Assembly: GCF_036321535.1 (NCBI RefSeq) | Contig: NC_087437.1 | Coordinates: forward strand, 16,246,001-16,310,000 | Direction of reading: 5' to 3' | DNA from: Camelus dromedarius | Taxonomy: Eukaryota | DNA length: 64,000 bases | Part shown: piece after piece, positions 50,850-63,391 of the stretch | How the letters are laid out: each line of letters opens with the position of its first letter | Position numbering within the stretch: position 1 is the stretch's first letter | Notes under the pieces: model-generated | Seen by the model: only the letters and a program-made list of their open reading frames with translations | What the model was told of the DNA's origin: nothing | The model's database searches: none | Position numbers and translations under genes: made by a program

Positions 50850-51065
50850 GGTTTTATTATTTTTTTCTACTGCAGTACGGTCAGTTTACAATGTTGTGTT
50901 AATTTCTGTGTGCAGCACAGTGATTCAGTTATACATACATATATTCCTTTCTCATATTCTTTTTCATTACAGGTTACTACAAGATATTGAATATAGTTCC
51001 CCGTGCTATTCTGTAGGACCATGTTGTTTATCTATTTTATATACAGTAGTTAGTATCTGCTAATC
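50850..51065 (-). mobile_element. Younger L1 3' end (artiodactyl type)
   Basis: tttacaatgttgtgttaatttctg.gtgcagcacagtgattcagttataca...caagatattgaatatagttccc.gtgctat; polyT upstream. Confidence 0.85.
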
Positions 51066-51579
51066 CCTTGTTTTTAACAAGAGGAGTGGAAAAACGATCA
51101 GAAGCACAAAGAAGTTTATTCATATGTATTTAGTGAATGTCAATAAATGAGACTTGGCCTGAGAGACAGTGAACCAGGAGGGAGTAGTGCTGGGAAGACA
51201 ACAAAGGAAGGTGATGTCAGTCAAATACAGCAGCCTTAAAGCAGGCCAAGGGCTGTGGCAAAGAAATAAAACAGCCACATGTCTTTCTCTGCCTTAACCA
51301 CCGGCTTTCCTCCTGCTCTTTTGCGGGGGGGTGGGGTGGGGGTGGGCTCTGGAACCCTCAACTTATTTTAAACAAATTTTCCCACAGCCTCAATCTCTCT
51401 CTCCACGGACACTCCACGCATTTCCTGCCTCAACTAAAATCTCGGTCCCTGCTTTCACCTCCAGCTTCTTACAAAAACATGGCTTCACAGACGTTTTCTC
51501 AAGGGGAGGCAGCTCACCCTAGCACATCCTAACTAAGCCGGGCGGGTCTGGGGAATGGATTTCTTACCTCTTCTTTCTT

Positions 51580-51820
51580 TACAACACTCCACCATGGAAG
51601 GCGATGGACAGCTGGACCACAGTTACTCCTTTTCCATCTTGCAAAACCCTTACTCCTATCACTGCTGTCCACTAACCTAAAGGTCCTTAAAATATCGACA
51701 GCTGACTTCCATTTTGTATTTCTATTTCAAGTCCACCATCGTCCTGGTGACTGACATCGTCAAGGTCTCTGTTAATGGAACATCTGGCATCAGCATCAAA
51801 GTCCCTTCTTCTTTATCCTC
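51580..51820 (+). pseudogene. Cadherin EC remnant, membrane-proximal-like ending
   Basis: One frame: EGDGQLDHSYSF...*RSLKY...FKSTIVLVTD..VSVNGTSGISIKVP. Confidence 0.55.
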
Positions 51821-51989
51821 ACATCTTTCATGCTCCACTCCTGCAGCCTATTTGGTGGCTCCACTCTGGGTTTTGTGATTACTAGGAAACCTCCCGTTTA
51901 TAATCTCCTAAACTCATAGCCCTTGATTCACAGCCTTTTCCCCCTTCACTCTCTGAACTCCCCCCAGGACCTCACCAAGGTACTGGGCT

Positions 51990-52660
51990 GAGGTCCAGCA
52001 CATCCTGCTTGGGCTCTGGTCCCTTGCTCATTTCCCTGGGCTTGTCCCTCACCCTGTGAATCATCTTTCCCATTGCTTCCTTCTAAAACTTCCTATAACC
52101 TTCATCTGACCACTGCATTGCTCTATTCAAATCCATTCAATGGTCCCCTTTCCTTGTAGAGCAAAATGCAAACCTCACAGCAGAACAAGCCCTCCTAGCA
52201 GGACTTAGGAGACCCTCCATGGGCTGGTCTGTCCCTGCTCCTCTGGCTTCATGCCTTCCCTGCCCTTCCTTCCATGCCCCAGATGCACCTGTACCACACG
52301 CTAGCCACCCATCTGTGCCATATTGACACTGCTGCCAGAAAAGCCCCTCTTCCCCATCTCCCCATCTACCAGCTTTACCCCTCATCCTTTCCAGCTCAGC
52401 CCTCTTAAGCCAGTTCCAGCTTCACCATCTCTGTCCTGGGCCATCATTGAGTTGGTCTCCATATGCCTAGTGTGTCCACTGTACCCCAGGGAAGCCTCGA
52501 TCACAGATCCTGTGAGATCACCCTGTGCTTGGGTGTCAATTTCTCTGTCTCTCATTAGATGCCAACCTTTCTGAGAATGTATCTGTGTTTATTTCATCTC
52601 TTTTTCCCCCAGAACCTTGCCGGTATAGTCAATGTTGTCAACCAATGTTTGATGAATAAA
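51990..52660 (+). mobile_element. L2 3' part
   Basis: catctgaccactgcattgctctattcaaatccattcaatggtcccc...; end aatgtttgatgaataaatga. Confidence 0.65.
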
Positions 52661-53287
52661 TGATGATTTTAGAAAAAAAAGAGGTGAGGAAGAAAGTTGA
52701 AGTTAAAGAATTCTGATTAGAGATGTTAGCTAATAAATTTGAAATCAAAAGACCCAGATTCAGATCCCACTTCACCACTTACTATTATGTGACCTGGAAC
52801 AAACCACTAGGAATGACAGGACATTCATTGAGTGCTTGTCACATGTCAGGCACTGTCTCATTCAAGCCCAGTAATAAGTCCTTATCATTCCTGTTTTATA
52901 GAGAAAGAAATAGTGGCGACTTGGTTAAATAGCTTGCCTGAAACCACAGTTTTATATAAAAGAGACTTAAACCTAAGAACATCCAGAAACCTATGATGTT
53001 TCTGCTCTGTCCTAATGCTGCCATGCCCTGACTCTTGCCATCCTCTCCTGTCCACTTCAGTAGGTTGTTGTGAGGATGAAATGAATGAATACACATCACA
53101 GAAAAGTGCGTTTCAAATGTGAGTTCTTATTATATGTTGTCATTAATTCACCAGCCCTCCCTCCAACCCCTCAGAAAGCTAATCATTTGAGCATCTTTTT
53201 GTAGTTTAAGAATAGCTCTTATGTAGAATCTGAATTTAACACAGGATTAGAGTCAATTACAGTTTCTGGTAAAGTTAATCTGTTCTA

Positions 53288-53288
<1 letters not shown>

Positions 53289-53367
<79 letters not shown>

Positions 53368-53370
53368 ATT
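53289..53370. repeat. Compound microsatellite (CTT)14 then (ATT)n
   Basis: Direct reading of the sequence. Confidence 0.95.
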
Positions 53371-53419
53371 AGACAAGATCTGAAATTATTTCTGGCTCAG
53401 AGATAGAGAGAGCAAACTA

Positions 53420-53740
53420 TTTCTTGAGCCCAGGACACAAAGCCCATCCTCCCTGAGGCTCGGAGGTGGCATAATAAAGAGCTCCTGGAGTGATCTTTGC
53501 TGAGCTGCATTGCTAATGCTCTCCTAAGGGACACCCTTGGCTCTAATTGCTCCAGTCTCTCCGACCTGTGGAGCTACCTGAATTAAGTGGGAGAATTGGA
53601 ATTTTCAGTGGAGCATCTGGGACATCACCTTTAACCCTCCCCAGTGCACAGTCCAGCCCATTGCTCATTACAGCGGAGACCCCCTCACCTCCACCCACCT
53701 CCCCTTAGGAGTGTGCAAGTCTCTTTCTCCTGCTGGAACC
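53420..53740 (+). pseudogene. Cadherin EC remnant (last clear one)
   Basis: HPP*GSEVA**RAPGVIFAELHC / LN*VGELEF..HL / SGDPLTSTHL. Confidence 0.5.
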
Positions 53741-55526
53741 TGGCAGAGCATTTAGTGAATGGGATGGAGGGAGTGGGGGAGCAGCCAATACTCTTGCACC
53801 TGAGCACCAGAACCTCCAAAATCCAGCTTTTAGCATCACAATCTGCCCAGGGGAAGTGCCAGGCTTTGAATTAATCCTCACTGGGCTCCAGGTTAGAAGT
53901 CCAGAGTTCAACCCTCTTCTGCCACGTATTCGTTCTATGGAATAGGGCAAATCATGTAAATTCTTGGGTGAGCGTACATGAGAGATGAGAGTAGGCATTG
54001 TGTGAGTCAATGGAGAAAAGGGCTACCTCATTCAGATGGAGAGGGCTGTTGGAGAGGCTTCCTGGAAGGGTGATTTAGTTTTACAAAAATGAACCAGAAT
54101 TTGGGAGAGGAGCAAGACAGCGTCCATGAAACGTGGGAGGGTGGCAAGAGAACCTGGGGGATGGGGAAGGATGTACAGGTATGTGGAGGAGCTGAGAGAT
54201 TGGAAGGTCATGTGTAGGTGAAGGAAAATCACTGGACAGTACGGAGCAGAGATGTTCTATGGAGAGAGATGGACTTGAGAATAATCAGCCTTAATGCTAC
54301 AGGAGGTTGGAGGCGATCACACCTGGAGGAAGGGAGACAAATCAGTAAGCCTCTACATTAATCAAGGCAAGAAATGAGGAAGGAAGTGACAGTAGGGATG
54401 GAGGAAATAACTTTCTTTTAAATTAGTAAAATAAAAGTAAGCAGCCAAAATAAAACTATTAAAGAGGAACAAACAGAGGAGGAACCCGCTGAACAGTCCA
54501 GATTGGGCTTTAGCATCATAAAACTCGTCCCTGTGGATAAATTGGGAGTTCAAAATTTGTGCCTTTTGGGGAGTGATGGAAATGTTAGTTAATCTAATTG
54601 TGGTGGTGGTTTCACTGGTGTATACATCTATCAAAATTCATAAATTGTACATGTGAAATACGTATAGTTTACTGTACAGGACTCATACCACAATAAAGAT
54701 GCTTAAAAAAAACTGGTCCCCTTAGAGGCCCTCTGCTAGTGTCCCCTGGCCAACAGTGGGTAAATCTTGAGCAACATAACACACACACATGCATCTGCAC
54801 ACATATGTGTACACAAACATACATCAATGTATGTCCACATGTGTGAGTCCATGCAAATATGTGAACGTGCACACATACACACAAGCACACACATATATTG
54901 CATCCCACATACATGAATACACATAAGCACAAGAACATAATCATGCAGTCACACACATGGACCCTCGTGCAACTGGACCATCAATCCGTTAAAGGAAATA
55001 TTCCTATTAGCCCCACTTTGCAGGTAACAAAGTAGAAGCATAAGAGATTAAGTAATGGCCCACTCTTGCACAAATATTAATTTCCTATTAGAAAAGGACC
55101 TTAGGATTCTGTTAAAAAAGAAACAAAATATTATGTTTTTGAGTGTCATCACTAAAACAAAAGATACAGAAAACTGAAGAGTAGAAAAGTGGGCAAAGAT
55201 ATATAAGCAAACGCAAATCTTAAGGAAGTATTATAATATTGATATTTGATAAAACAGAAATCAATTATGGACAAAATAGGCCCAAAAAGGCATCAAAAAT
55301 ATAAGCTTAACTTAATAGTAAGAATTTAATGTTGAACAATATGAAGAAAGATATTAATTTAATATAAATAAACAGGTAATTTACAGTGAAAAGCTAGTCA
55401 CCATCAATCTCTGTGTACTAAAAAATATTGCATCAAAATATGTAAAGCACGTATTATTAGAAAAACAATTTGCAGAAGAATAAATTTACAAAAACACAAT
55501 GGAGTTGGGAGTTCTGAACATATTTA

Positions 55527-55945
55527 TGTTAGTTAGGGTTTGCCAGAGAAACAGAACCAACAGTGTGTAAATATATACTTAGAGAGATTTATTTTTAGGA
55601 ATTGGCTCACAGCATTGTAGAGGCTGACAAGTCCAAAATTTTCTGGGTGGTCCAGCAGTCTGTAGGCTCAGGGAAGAGTTGTGGTTCAAGTGCAAAAGCA
55701 ATCTGCTGACAGAATTCTCTTCTTCTTGGAGAATGTCAGGTTTTTGTTTTGTTTTGTTTTTTAATTAAGGCCTTCAACTTATTGGATGAGGCCCACCCAC
55801 ATTATGGAAGCAATCTGCTTTACTGATTTAAATGTCATTATCACCTACAAAATACCTTCATATAAACATCTAGAACAAGGTTTGACCAAACATCTGGGTA
55901 GCATGGCCCAACCAAGTAATTTAACACATAAAATTAACTATCACA
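55527..55945 (-). mobile_element. MLT2B-like ERVL LTR
   Basis: tgttagttagggttt.ccagagaaacagaaccaa ... acataaaattaactatcaca termini. Confidence 0.9.
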
Positions 55946-56702
55946 ATACCTTTGTAAATACTTGACATATCAAATAAGAGCAAAACAAGAATATTGGTGC
56001 TGTGAATAATATATTACAAAGGAACTTTAATTTCATTTATTTGTGCATATGCACTTATGCATACATGTGCTTATCTGTATAGCTGAACTTTGTATTCCAA
56101 AAGCATAGATTGCACAACTTTTTTCATGACCCATGTCACACTTCAAAAATACCGATCACATATCATTAAAGAACTAAATAAAAAAGGACTGAAAGAACTG
56201 AATAAAAACTATACAAGCCACAATGAATATGCTAGAATTTAATTCTACAATTTATATTGAAATTGAAATGCCCCAACCACTTTGAAATGACTTTAAAAAA
56301 TCCACTTTCATAAATAATTCTTAGACCAAGAAGATAAAATTTTCATTTGCATGTGATTTAGAAAAGAACAATAGTATGAAGTCACCAGGTTAATAAATAT
56401 TGGATGAGTCCAAAACTAATCTCAAATAAAAACTGTTGAATCTCAAGTGCTTTCAGCATCAAACACAAAGGAATGCAAATAAATACAACCAAGCTCTCTA
56501 ACTAAAGTATTAAAACAGGAAATCCTAAATAAATCCAAATTCAAGAATGAAAAATATACACATAGTTAAATAACCCAGAAAAAAAGCTAGAAATATTTTC
56601 CAGAAATTGAATACCTTCAATAACAGCATCAGGCCCAGTGAGTTTTACAGGCAAAGTTGATATTTTAAACTTTTAAGAGACAGAAAACTTCCATGTTGAG
56701 AT

Positions 56703-56850
56703 AGAGGGAGGGTAGATCTCAGTGGTAGAGTACATGCCTAGCATGCACGAGATCCTGGGTTCAATCCCCAGCACCTCCATTAAGAAAATAAGTAAAAAAA
56801 CAAACAAACTTAATTACCTCTCCCCAACAAAAAATAAATAAATAAAAATG
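56703..56850 (+). mobile_element. tRNA-derived camelid-type SINE
   Basis: gggagggtagatctcagtggtagagtacatgcctagcatgcacgagatcctgggttcaatccccagcacctcc with an A-rich tail. Confidence 0.9.
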
Positions 56851-58179
56851 GTTTTAAAATTGCACAGCCATGTTACACAAGATATAACATTTTATGATTT
56901 CTTATTCATTTTAAAGAGCTAGAATAAGCCTGATTTTGAAAAATATTCTAACAAAAGTGCCTCCAAAATAAACTAAAAACAAATCTTTTTTTGAATATCT
57001 AAGGGAAAAAAATTTTAAAGGAAAATTTTAACAATAAATTTGAACTTATTTTAATATCAGAATCTATCATGTTATTTCATGAAAGAATGAAATTCACATT
57101 TGATGAAGGTAAAAAAAAAAATGATGAAATTCAACTAAGCATAGGAGAGTTACCTTAATGTGAAAATAAGAGTATCTCTTAGAGAGTGGTTTAGCATGGA
57201 CTAGAACAGGTTTCTTGGCAAAAACATAGAATCCTCAGCCTCTTCCTAGACCCTACACTCTGGAAGTGAATTCTCAGATTGTGCATTTTTAGCAAAAAGG
57301 CAAATAATTGTTATGCATGCCAAAGTTTGAGAGCCACTAACCTAAACCAAATTAGCTAATGGCATAGTTAACACTGAAATAATAAAGGTCTTCCCCCATT
57401 AAAGTCAGGAAAAATATAAGGGTGTCTGCTTTCAGCCCAATTAATTATCTCAACACTGAAGAGTATGGTTACTGAAATAATAAACACAAAATAAGAAATA
57501 ACAGATATAAATATTTGAAAATAAGATCTAACATTTTTATGGTTTGAATAATTATTATCTGGTAAGCTCCAATGAACTAAAAATTCTTCATAATGAATAG
57601 AAGCATTCAGTAGTTCAGCAGGATAAAAATTGGGTATACAGAAATAAAGAAATATGCTAGCAATAACTGGCTAGAAAAACAATGGGGAGAAAGGATTCAA
57701 TTTATAGTAGAAAAAATATATGTAGAAGAATAAAGATATCAAAAATTGTTTAGGGTCATTGTAAAAAAGACTTTAAAACTTTACAAAGGCACATAAAAAT
57801 ATATTTGAATAAAAAGAGAGAAATAACATTTTCTCAGAAAGGAAGACTGAATATCATAAAATACCAATTAACCCATAAATGATTTAGAAATCAGCCATCA
57901 AATTTTTAAAACTGAAACACTACTATCTAAAAATACCTAGAAAAGTAAACACATAAGATTAGCCATTAAAATTACTATAAAGAAAAATGAACACAAAAGA
58001 CTAGCTTTAAAAAAATGTGAAAACTAATAGCGGGGGTTTAATCTACCTGATATTAAAATCTATCATAAAGATACAGGAATTAGCATGATTTATTATTGGT
58101 GCAGAAACAGTTGGAAAAGTCAGACGCCAAAGATAATTTACATGAGAGAATGAAGGCTGCCATGTTTCTCAGTTCCTTC

Positions 58180-58900
58180 CTGTATCCCCTTCACGTCTGC
58201 AATCTCCAGAAGCTGGAGTGTCCAGGGCCCCATCTTGAAACTCTCTCCTCTCTGTTACATTTATCCCTGGGGGACCTCACTTCTTTTCATGGCTTCAAAT
58301 ACCTCTTTTCTTTGGAACCATAAATTTTGATTTCTCACATCTATCTCCCCCAAACTCCAGATTCCCATGCCCATTTGCCAATGCAGCATCCCCCTTGGAT
58401 GTCTCATAAGCATCACAAATGTTGCTCATTCAAATCCAAATACTTATTTTTTCCACTGAAATTGCTTTTCCCTTAATTATCCAATTTTAGAAACAATCAC
58501 CTTCTACCTTTTAGTTGCTCGCATCAAAAGGTCTAGAGACACACTGTGACCCTTCTCTTTCTCTCAACCCCCCTACCTAATCCATTAGGAAATTCTGTGG
58601 ACATACCTTAAAAATATATCTTGTATACAACCACTTCTCATCACCTCCTCTGTTACCACCCTAACCTAAGGCCTGTCCTCCCTTACCTGGATCCCTGCAA
58701 CAGCCTCAGCCTCCACACTGGTCGGCTTATGTCCCCTTTTACTTCCTTCAGCTGATTTTCTATGTGGCTGCCAGAAAGAATCGTATAAACCCAATAACTG
58801 GCCACATCACTCCTCTGCTCAGAATCCCCTCACGGCCCTCAGTCACACTGGAATAAATATCCTTACCTTGATCCACAAAGGCTCCCATATGCTCTGGCTC
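58180..58900 (+). mobile_element. L2 fragment
   Basis: ctggagtgtccagggcc.catctt...catggcttcaaatacc...ccccttggatgtctcataagcatc.caa...cacatcactcctctgctcagaatcc. Confidence 0.8.
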
Positions 58901-59945
58901 TAGTGAGGTGTAGGCAAATGTTCAACAACCAGCTTTCCAGAAAAGAATGTATGCACATACATTCATAAGTTTATTATAAATGGTATTGATATAGAGAATG
59001 TATAGTGTACATTTGCAAATAGTAATGCACAATACAGTATTCGTCTCTGTAAATTCCATATATCAAATTGATTCTCACAGAATGCTTTTCTTTTTTTTAA
59101 CCAAACTTTTGTATCCTTAGCAAACCTATGGCTGCAACTGATGAATGAGTATAGTTCCAAAATGTACACTGACTGATACATTTCTTTATAGTAATGATTA
59201 AAAAGAAGGTCAAACAATGAAAACATGTATTGGAACTCCATTTGGTCATCAGTTATGTAAACAAATTTCTGCTGAATTGGAGAAGAATTTCTAAATACTG
59301 AAGGATTATTTCCTCAATTTTTCATGCATTCACAATATGGCAGCTACAAATACAAACACTTTTAAGTTTAACCTACATTAACATTGTCTCTGTCACTTTA
59401 AGTCTAGACACCCAACAAAATGATAAATGAAGCCCTGATCTGTAGAATTTGCTGATTTCTATTGTGTAAATATTCTCACTGGGGCTGACTTCCTGCTGCC
59501 AACATGATGTCATCGAGTTGCGATGAGATGTGCAGTCCCAACACGCTATGTCGTGTTTCCAACATATGGATGCAATAGACACAATTAACTTCAAGAGCAT
59601 AGAAAACAAACATAGATAGGAAGTGATGAAATTTGAATGCATTTTACCTTCATTTTTTTTTAATTTTATTATTTTATTTTTTGGGGGAAAGGTAATTAGG
59701 TTTACTTATTTATTTTTAGTGGATGTACCGGGGATTGAATCCAGGACCCTGTGCATGCTAAGCACACACTCTAGCACTGAGCTATCCCCTCCTCCCTACC
59801 TTCATTTTTAGAACAATGTACTTAATGATAAGCATATATGGTATAATTTAATTATTAATAATGGCAGCGTTTAACAGCTGCCTCTCAGAATTCTCGAAAC
59901 AATTTAACAACTGGTTCTGTTGAGCCTCCTGGCTTCCACTCCACT
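58900..59945. mobile_element. Arthur1-like hAT-Tip100 element
   Basis: aaatgttcaacaaccagct...cacagaatgctttt...gcaaacctatggctgcaactgatgaatgagt...atttaacaactggttct. Confidence 0.65.
59658..59796 (-). mobile_element. tRNA-derived camelid-type SINE
   Basis: Reverse of gggaggaggggatagctcagtgctagagtgtgtgcttagcatgcacagggtcctggattcaatcccc; 13-bp TSD taccttcattttt at 59645-59657 and 59797-59809. Confidence 0.92.
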
Positions 59946-60029
59946 CTCATTACTCCTGTTCCCACCTCGGTAATTTTATCTATATTAACATATATGGAAA
60001 TTCAGTTTTGGCACAATTCATTCTTAAAT

Positions 60030-60600
60030 ACTTCAAGTAAAGATATAAATTATTATAGCCTTTTTGAAGGACAATTAGATGATTTTTATTTTAAAAAGCG
60101 TAGAGTTTCCATGTACTATGATCCAGGATTTCTACCTCTGCGAATTTACACTACTAAGGACATAATCAAGGATTTCTGCCAAGTGGGGCTTATGCTATTA
60201 CAATGCTGTGTATAACACTAAAATGAAAAAAAGGAGGAAAAGAAGGAATAAGACCAAAATATTCAACAACCAGAAATTAGAAAATCAATTGATGGTACCT
60301 GTAGGAAATGGGATATGATGTGGACATTAAAAATGGAGTTACATTATCACATTTAATAATGTGATAAGATACCCAGGGCATATTGTTAAGTGAAAAGCAC
60401 AGGATACAAAATAGTTTATAGAGTAATATTGTACAAGTTAAAAATAAACATAGAAATCAACTAGAAGGAAATAGTATTAAAACATTCACAATTATCTTTG
60501 AATAGTGAGATTAAGGTGATTCTTTTGTTTTTTTGTTTACGCATATTTTCTAATTCTCTACAACAGCAATTTCTTATATTTGTAATTAGAAAAAAATTTC
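60030..60600 (+). mobile_element. Old L1ME-type 3' end
   Basis: tatgatccaggatttctacctctg..aattta...tattgttaagtgaaaagcacaggatacaaaatag...tttgtaattagaaaaaa. Confidence 0.7.
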
Positions 60601-61929
60601 AGTGTTTTTAACACATCTGGAAATTCCCAAGATGCTTGGGACGGTTTAAGCTGGCCACACCTAGAAGCACAGGAGGACACAAGTGAGAAGAAGACAGCGG
60701 GAAGGAGTGTGGATAATTTTCCGAGTTCTCCTTCCTGACCTGCAAGGAAGAAACAGAAGGCAGGGAGCAGAGACACCCAGATTGCTCACATTTGGATATC
60801 ACTAGCAAATGGCTCTCAGCTTGAATGACCTGGGCCTTTTCTAAACCGTTTATCCCCAAAGGAGATTCAGCAGAGAACTACCTAGACTTGACAGCCTGGA
60901 GTTGCCATACTAGGTAAACTTGCCTACAGAAAGGGAAGCTTTTGGAGTGGCTCCTCAGGGGTCAATGCCCACACATCACAGAAGGACCCCTCTTGTAGAG
61001 CTGCCCAGTCCAGAATCCCGTGACCTAAGCCACAGGCAATTGCTGGGTGCCTGCGATGTCATGCCTGCATCTCCGGCTGATCCACCCTTGCCTCACAGCC
61101 GGGATAGCCTTGGAGCATCCCTTTATCCTGCCTGGCCCCAGTGGTAAGCCCAGCAGATGAACCCATGCAGGTTTCATTCAATTTTTAATCAAGATGCTAA
61201 TAAATATACTAATAATAAGAAGGGACGACAATTTTTTTAAAATGCCAGAGAATTTGAAAGAGCAAGTGGAAAGAATGTCAGAATTTGAGACTCGGGCACA
61301 GACACAAAGCAGGGGCAGTGACAATAGCTCAAAGGCATAACTGGGTCCTCTGTTGTGATGCTCTGCAGGGGGCTGGTGGCCTCATGGTCCAAGCAGGGCT
61401 AAGAGTGGAAGAGTCTGATTAGACTGGCTCTGCCTGCTAAGGCAGGCCTGGAAAGCAAAGGCAGACCCTTCGCTAGAGGAGACTCCATCTCCCAAGACAG
61501 AAGCAGGCCAGGAGAGAATTACCTGGGGCTCTCTTGTGCATCAGAGCTGAGCCCCAAGCATCTTTACTTAAAAGCCAAGTTCTCTCATGCAATGAACAGT
61601 TTAACCCCCCGGGGTTGCCTGAGCCCTGAGAGTATCAGAAATTGAAGAGCGGGGACAGGACAAAGATGTCCCTGAATTGGATGAAGAGAAGATACGTATT
61701 TTTAAAAAGTATATTAAAAAAAAAGACACTCAGCAGTTTGGGGCACAAGAACCCAGACCAACCTTGGAGTTCTGAAAGTCCCAGTGGTGCCCAGCATGGG
61801 GATTTACCCTAAAATTCTTAGATCTACAGATCAAAGGCCAGGCTGGGACCCCTTTTATAAGCAGGCACCCAGATTTGCCTAGAGACAACAATAACAACTA
61901 AGAGCACTAAGCCAGAGAGAGAAAGAAAA

Positions 61930-62275
61930 ATAGCACATGATATCCCTTACATGTGGAGTCTAAAAAACATGACACAAATGAACCTATTTACAAAACAGAG
62001 ACAGACTCACAGACGTAGAAAAAAATGTATGGTTACCAGGGGGAAGAAGAGGAGGATGGAGGGATAAATCGGGAGTTTGGGATTTGCAAATACTAACTAC
62101 TATATATAAAATAAACAACAAGATCCTATTGTATAGCACAGGAAACTATATTCAATATATTGGTAAAACCTATAATGGAAAAGAATCTAAAAAAGAATAT
62201 ATATGTATAACTGAATCACTTTTGCTGTACAACTGAAACTAACACAACATTGTAAATTAACTATGCTTCAATAAA
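61930..62275 (+). mobile_element. Younger L1 3' end (artiodactyl type)
   Basis: atgacacaaatgaacctatttacaaaacaga.acagactcacagac.tagaa...gtatagcacagg.aactatattcaata...ctatgcttcaataaa. Confidence 0.9.
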
Positions 62276-62953
62276 GGAGAATATAAGATGGGCAAGCAGC
62301 ATATGAAAAGACGCTCATCATTTAGGGACTGCTACTTAAAACTACAGTGGGTAGTATTTTTATTAGCATGGCTAAAACTGTATATTTATTAGCATGGCTA
62401 AAACGAGTAATAATAGTCAAATTAACAACACTAGGCGCTGCCAAGAATGTGAAGCAACTCTCATGCATTGTTGCTGCACGGCACTTTAGAAAACACTTTG
62501 TCAGATTCTTATAAAGTTAAACTAAAACATCGTATGACACACCAAACCCACTCCGAGGTATTTAACTTGGATAAATGAAAACTTAACATTTACACAAAAA
62601 TCCACACACAAACTTTATAGCAGCTGTATTCATAATCACTAAAAGCTTTAAATAGTGGCTGCTATTTAAAAGAGATCAGTAGTTGCCAGTGTAAACTACA
62701 AAGGAGCAGCACGGAGTGTTTTGGGGGCGAGAGGACTGTTTTGTATCCTGATTGTACTGGTGGTTATGCGAACCCACACGTGCGTTAAAACTCGTAGAAC
62801 TATACGCCAGAAGAGAAAAGAAAAGAAAAGAAAAGGAAGCCATTTTACTGTGTGCTATTTTTAAAAAGAAAAGAAAAAGAAAAAATAAAGAAAGGTAAAA
62901 CTAGAGTGTAATGAAAAGAAAACAGAATGGTCTCTGTGCAGTAGTCCTAGAAA

Positions 62954-63391
62954 TGTCACCGAGTCCAAACTTGTTCTGCTTGCCGCGCAACAGGCCAATA
63001 AATCGGGAGACAAGGTGTTGGGGCAAGGAATGGCGACTTTATTCCGAAAGCCAGCAGACTGAGAGGATGGCAGACTAATGTCTTGGAGAACCAACCTGCT
63101 CCAGTCAGAATACAGGCTCCTTTCATACAAAAACAAACAAACAAGGGAGGGGGTGTGGTTGGTTGTTGCAAACTTCTTGGTGTAGGAATTCTTTGTTCCT
63201 GCACCTGTCCACGTGGGCCAGCTCATGGTGCTCCTGCACAACCTCCAGCAAAACAAATGTTATTCTCTACTCTGTAACTTGTTATCCTTATGTGAGTGCA
63301 GAGCTAGCAAGACTAAGCCTAGAAAACGGCACAGGGTTAAAGCCAAAGGAACAGATCTAATATGGAGCCAGACTTGTTCTTTTCTATTACA
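62954..63391 (-). mobile_element. ERV1-type solo LTR
   Basis: tgtcaccgagtcc...ctattaca (TG...CA), 438 bp, 4-bp TSD gaaa (62950-62953 and 63392-63395), CpGs retained. Confidence 0.8.

Larger units (their letters stand above)
3340..53740 (+). pseudogene. Decayed multi-exon cadherin-related (CDHR3/CDHR4-like) gene or gene cluster, overall span
   Basis: More than 20 non-repeat islands, all on the + strand, give cadherin EC-repeat motifs in correct internal order, with many stops and frameshifts (individual remnants listed separately). Confidence 0.75.
55130..58100 (+). mobile_element. Very old, decayed L1 (EN to RT regions) carrying nested MLT2, SINE and MER5 inserts
   Basis: A-rich, with L1 ORF2 landmarks (gggcaaagatatat..gcaaacgcaaat, catcaggcccagtgagttttacaggc, aaagtcaggaaaaa.ataagggtgtctgct, ctacctgatattaaaa). 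Confidence 0.7.

Noticed and set aside
56703..56780. tRNA-like sequence with A and B boxes
   Set aside because: It is a SINE head with an A-rich tail, present in multiple diverged copies, not a tRNA gene
60610..60740. LEIPKMLGTV / HLEAQEDTSE as a further cadherin remnant
   Set aside because: Too short, and it lies among L1-derived sequence; could be chance, so it is not included in the pseudogene span
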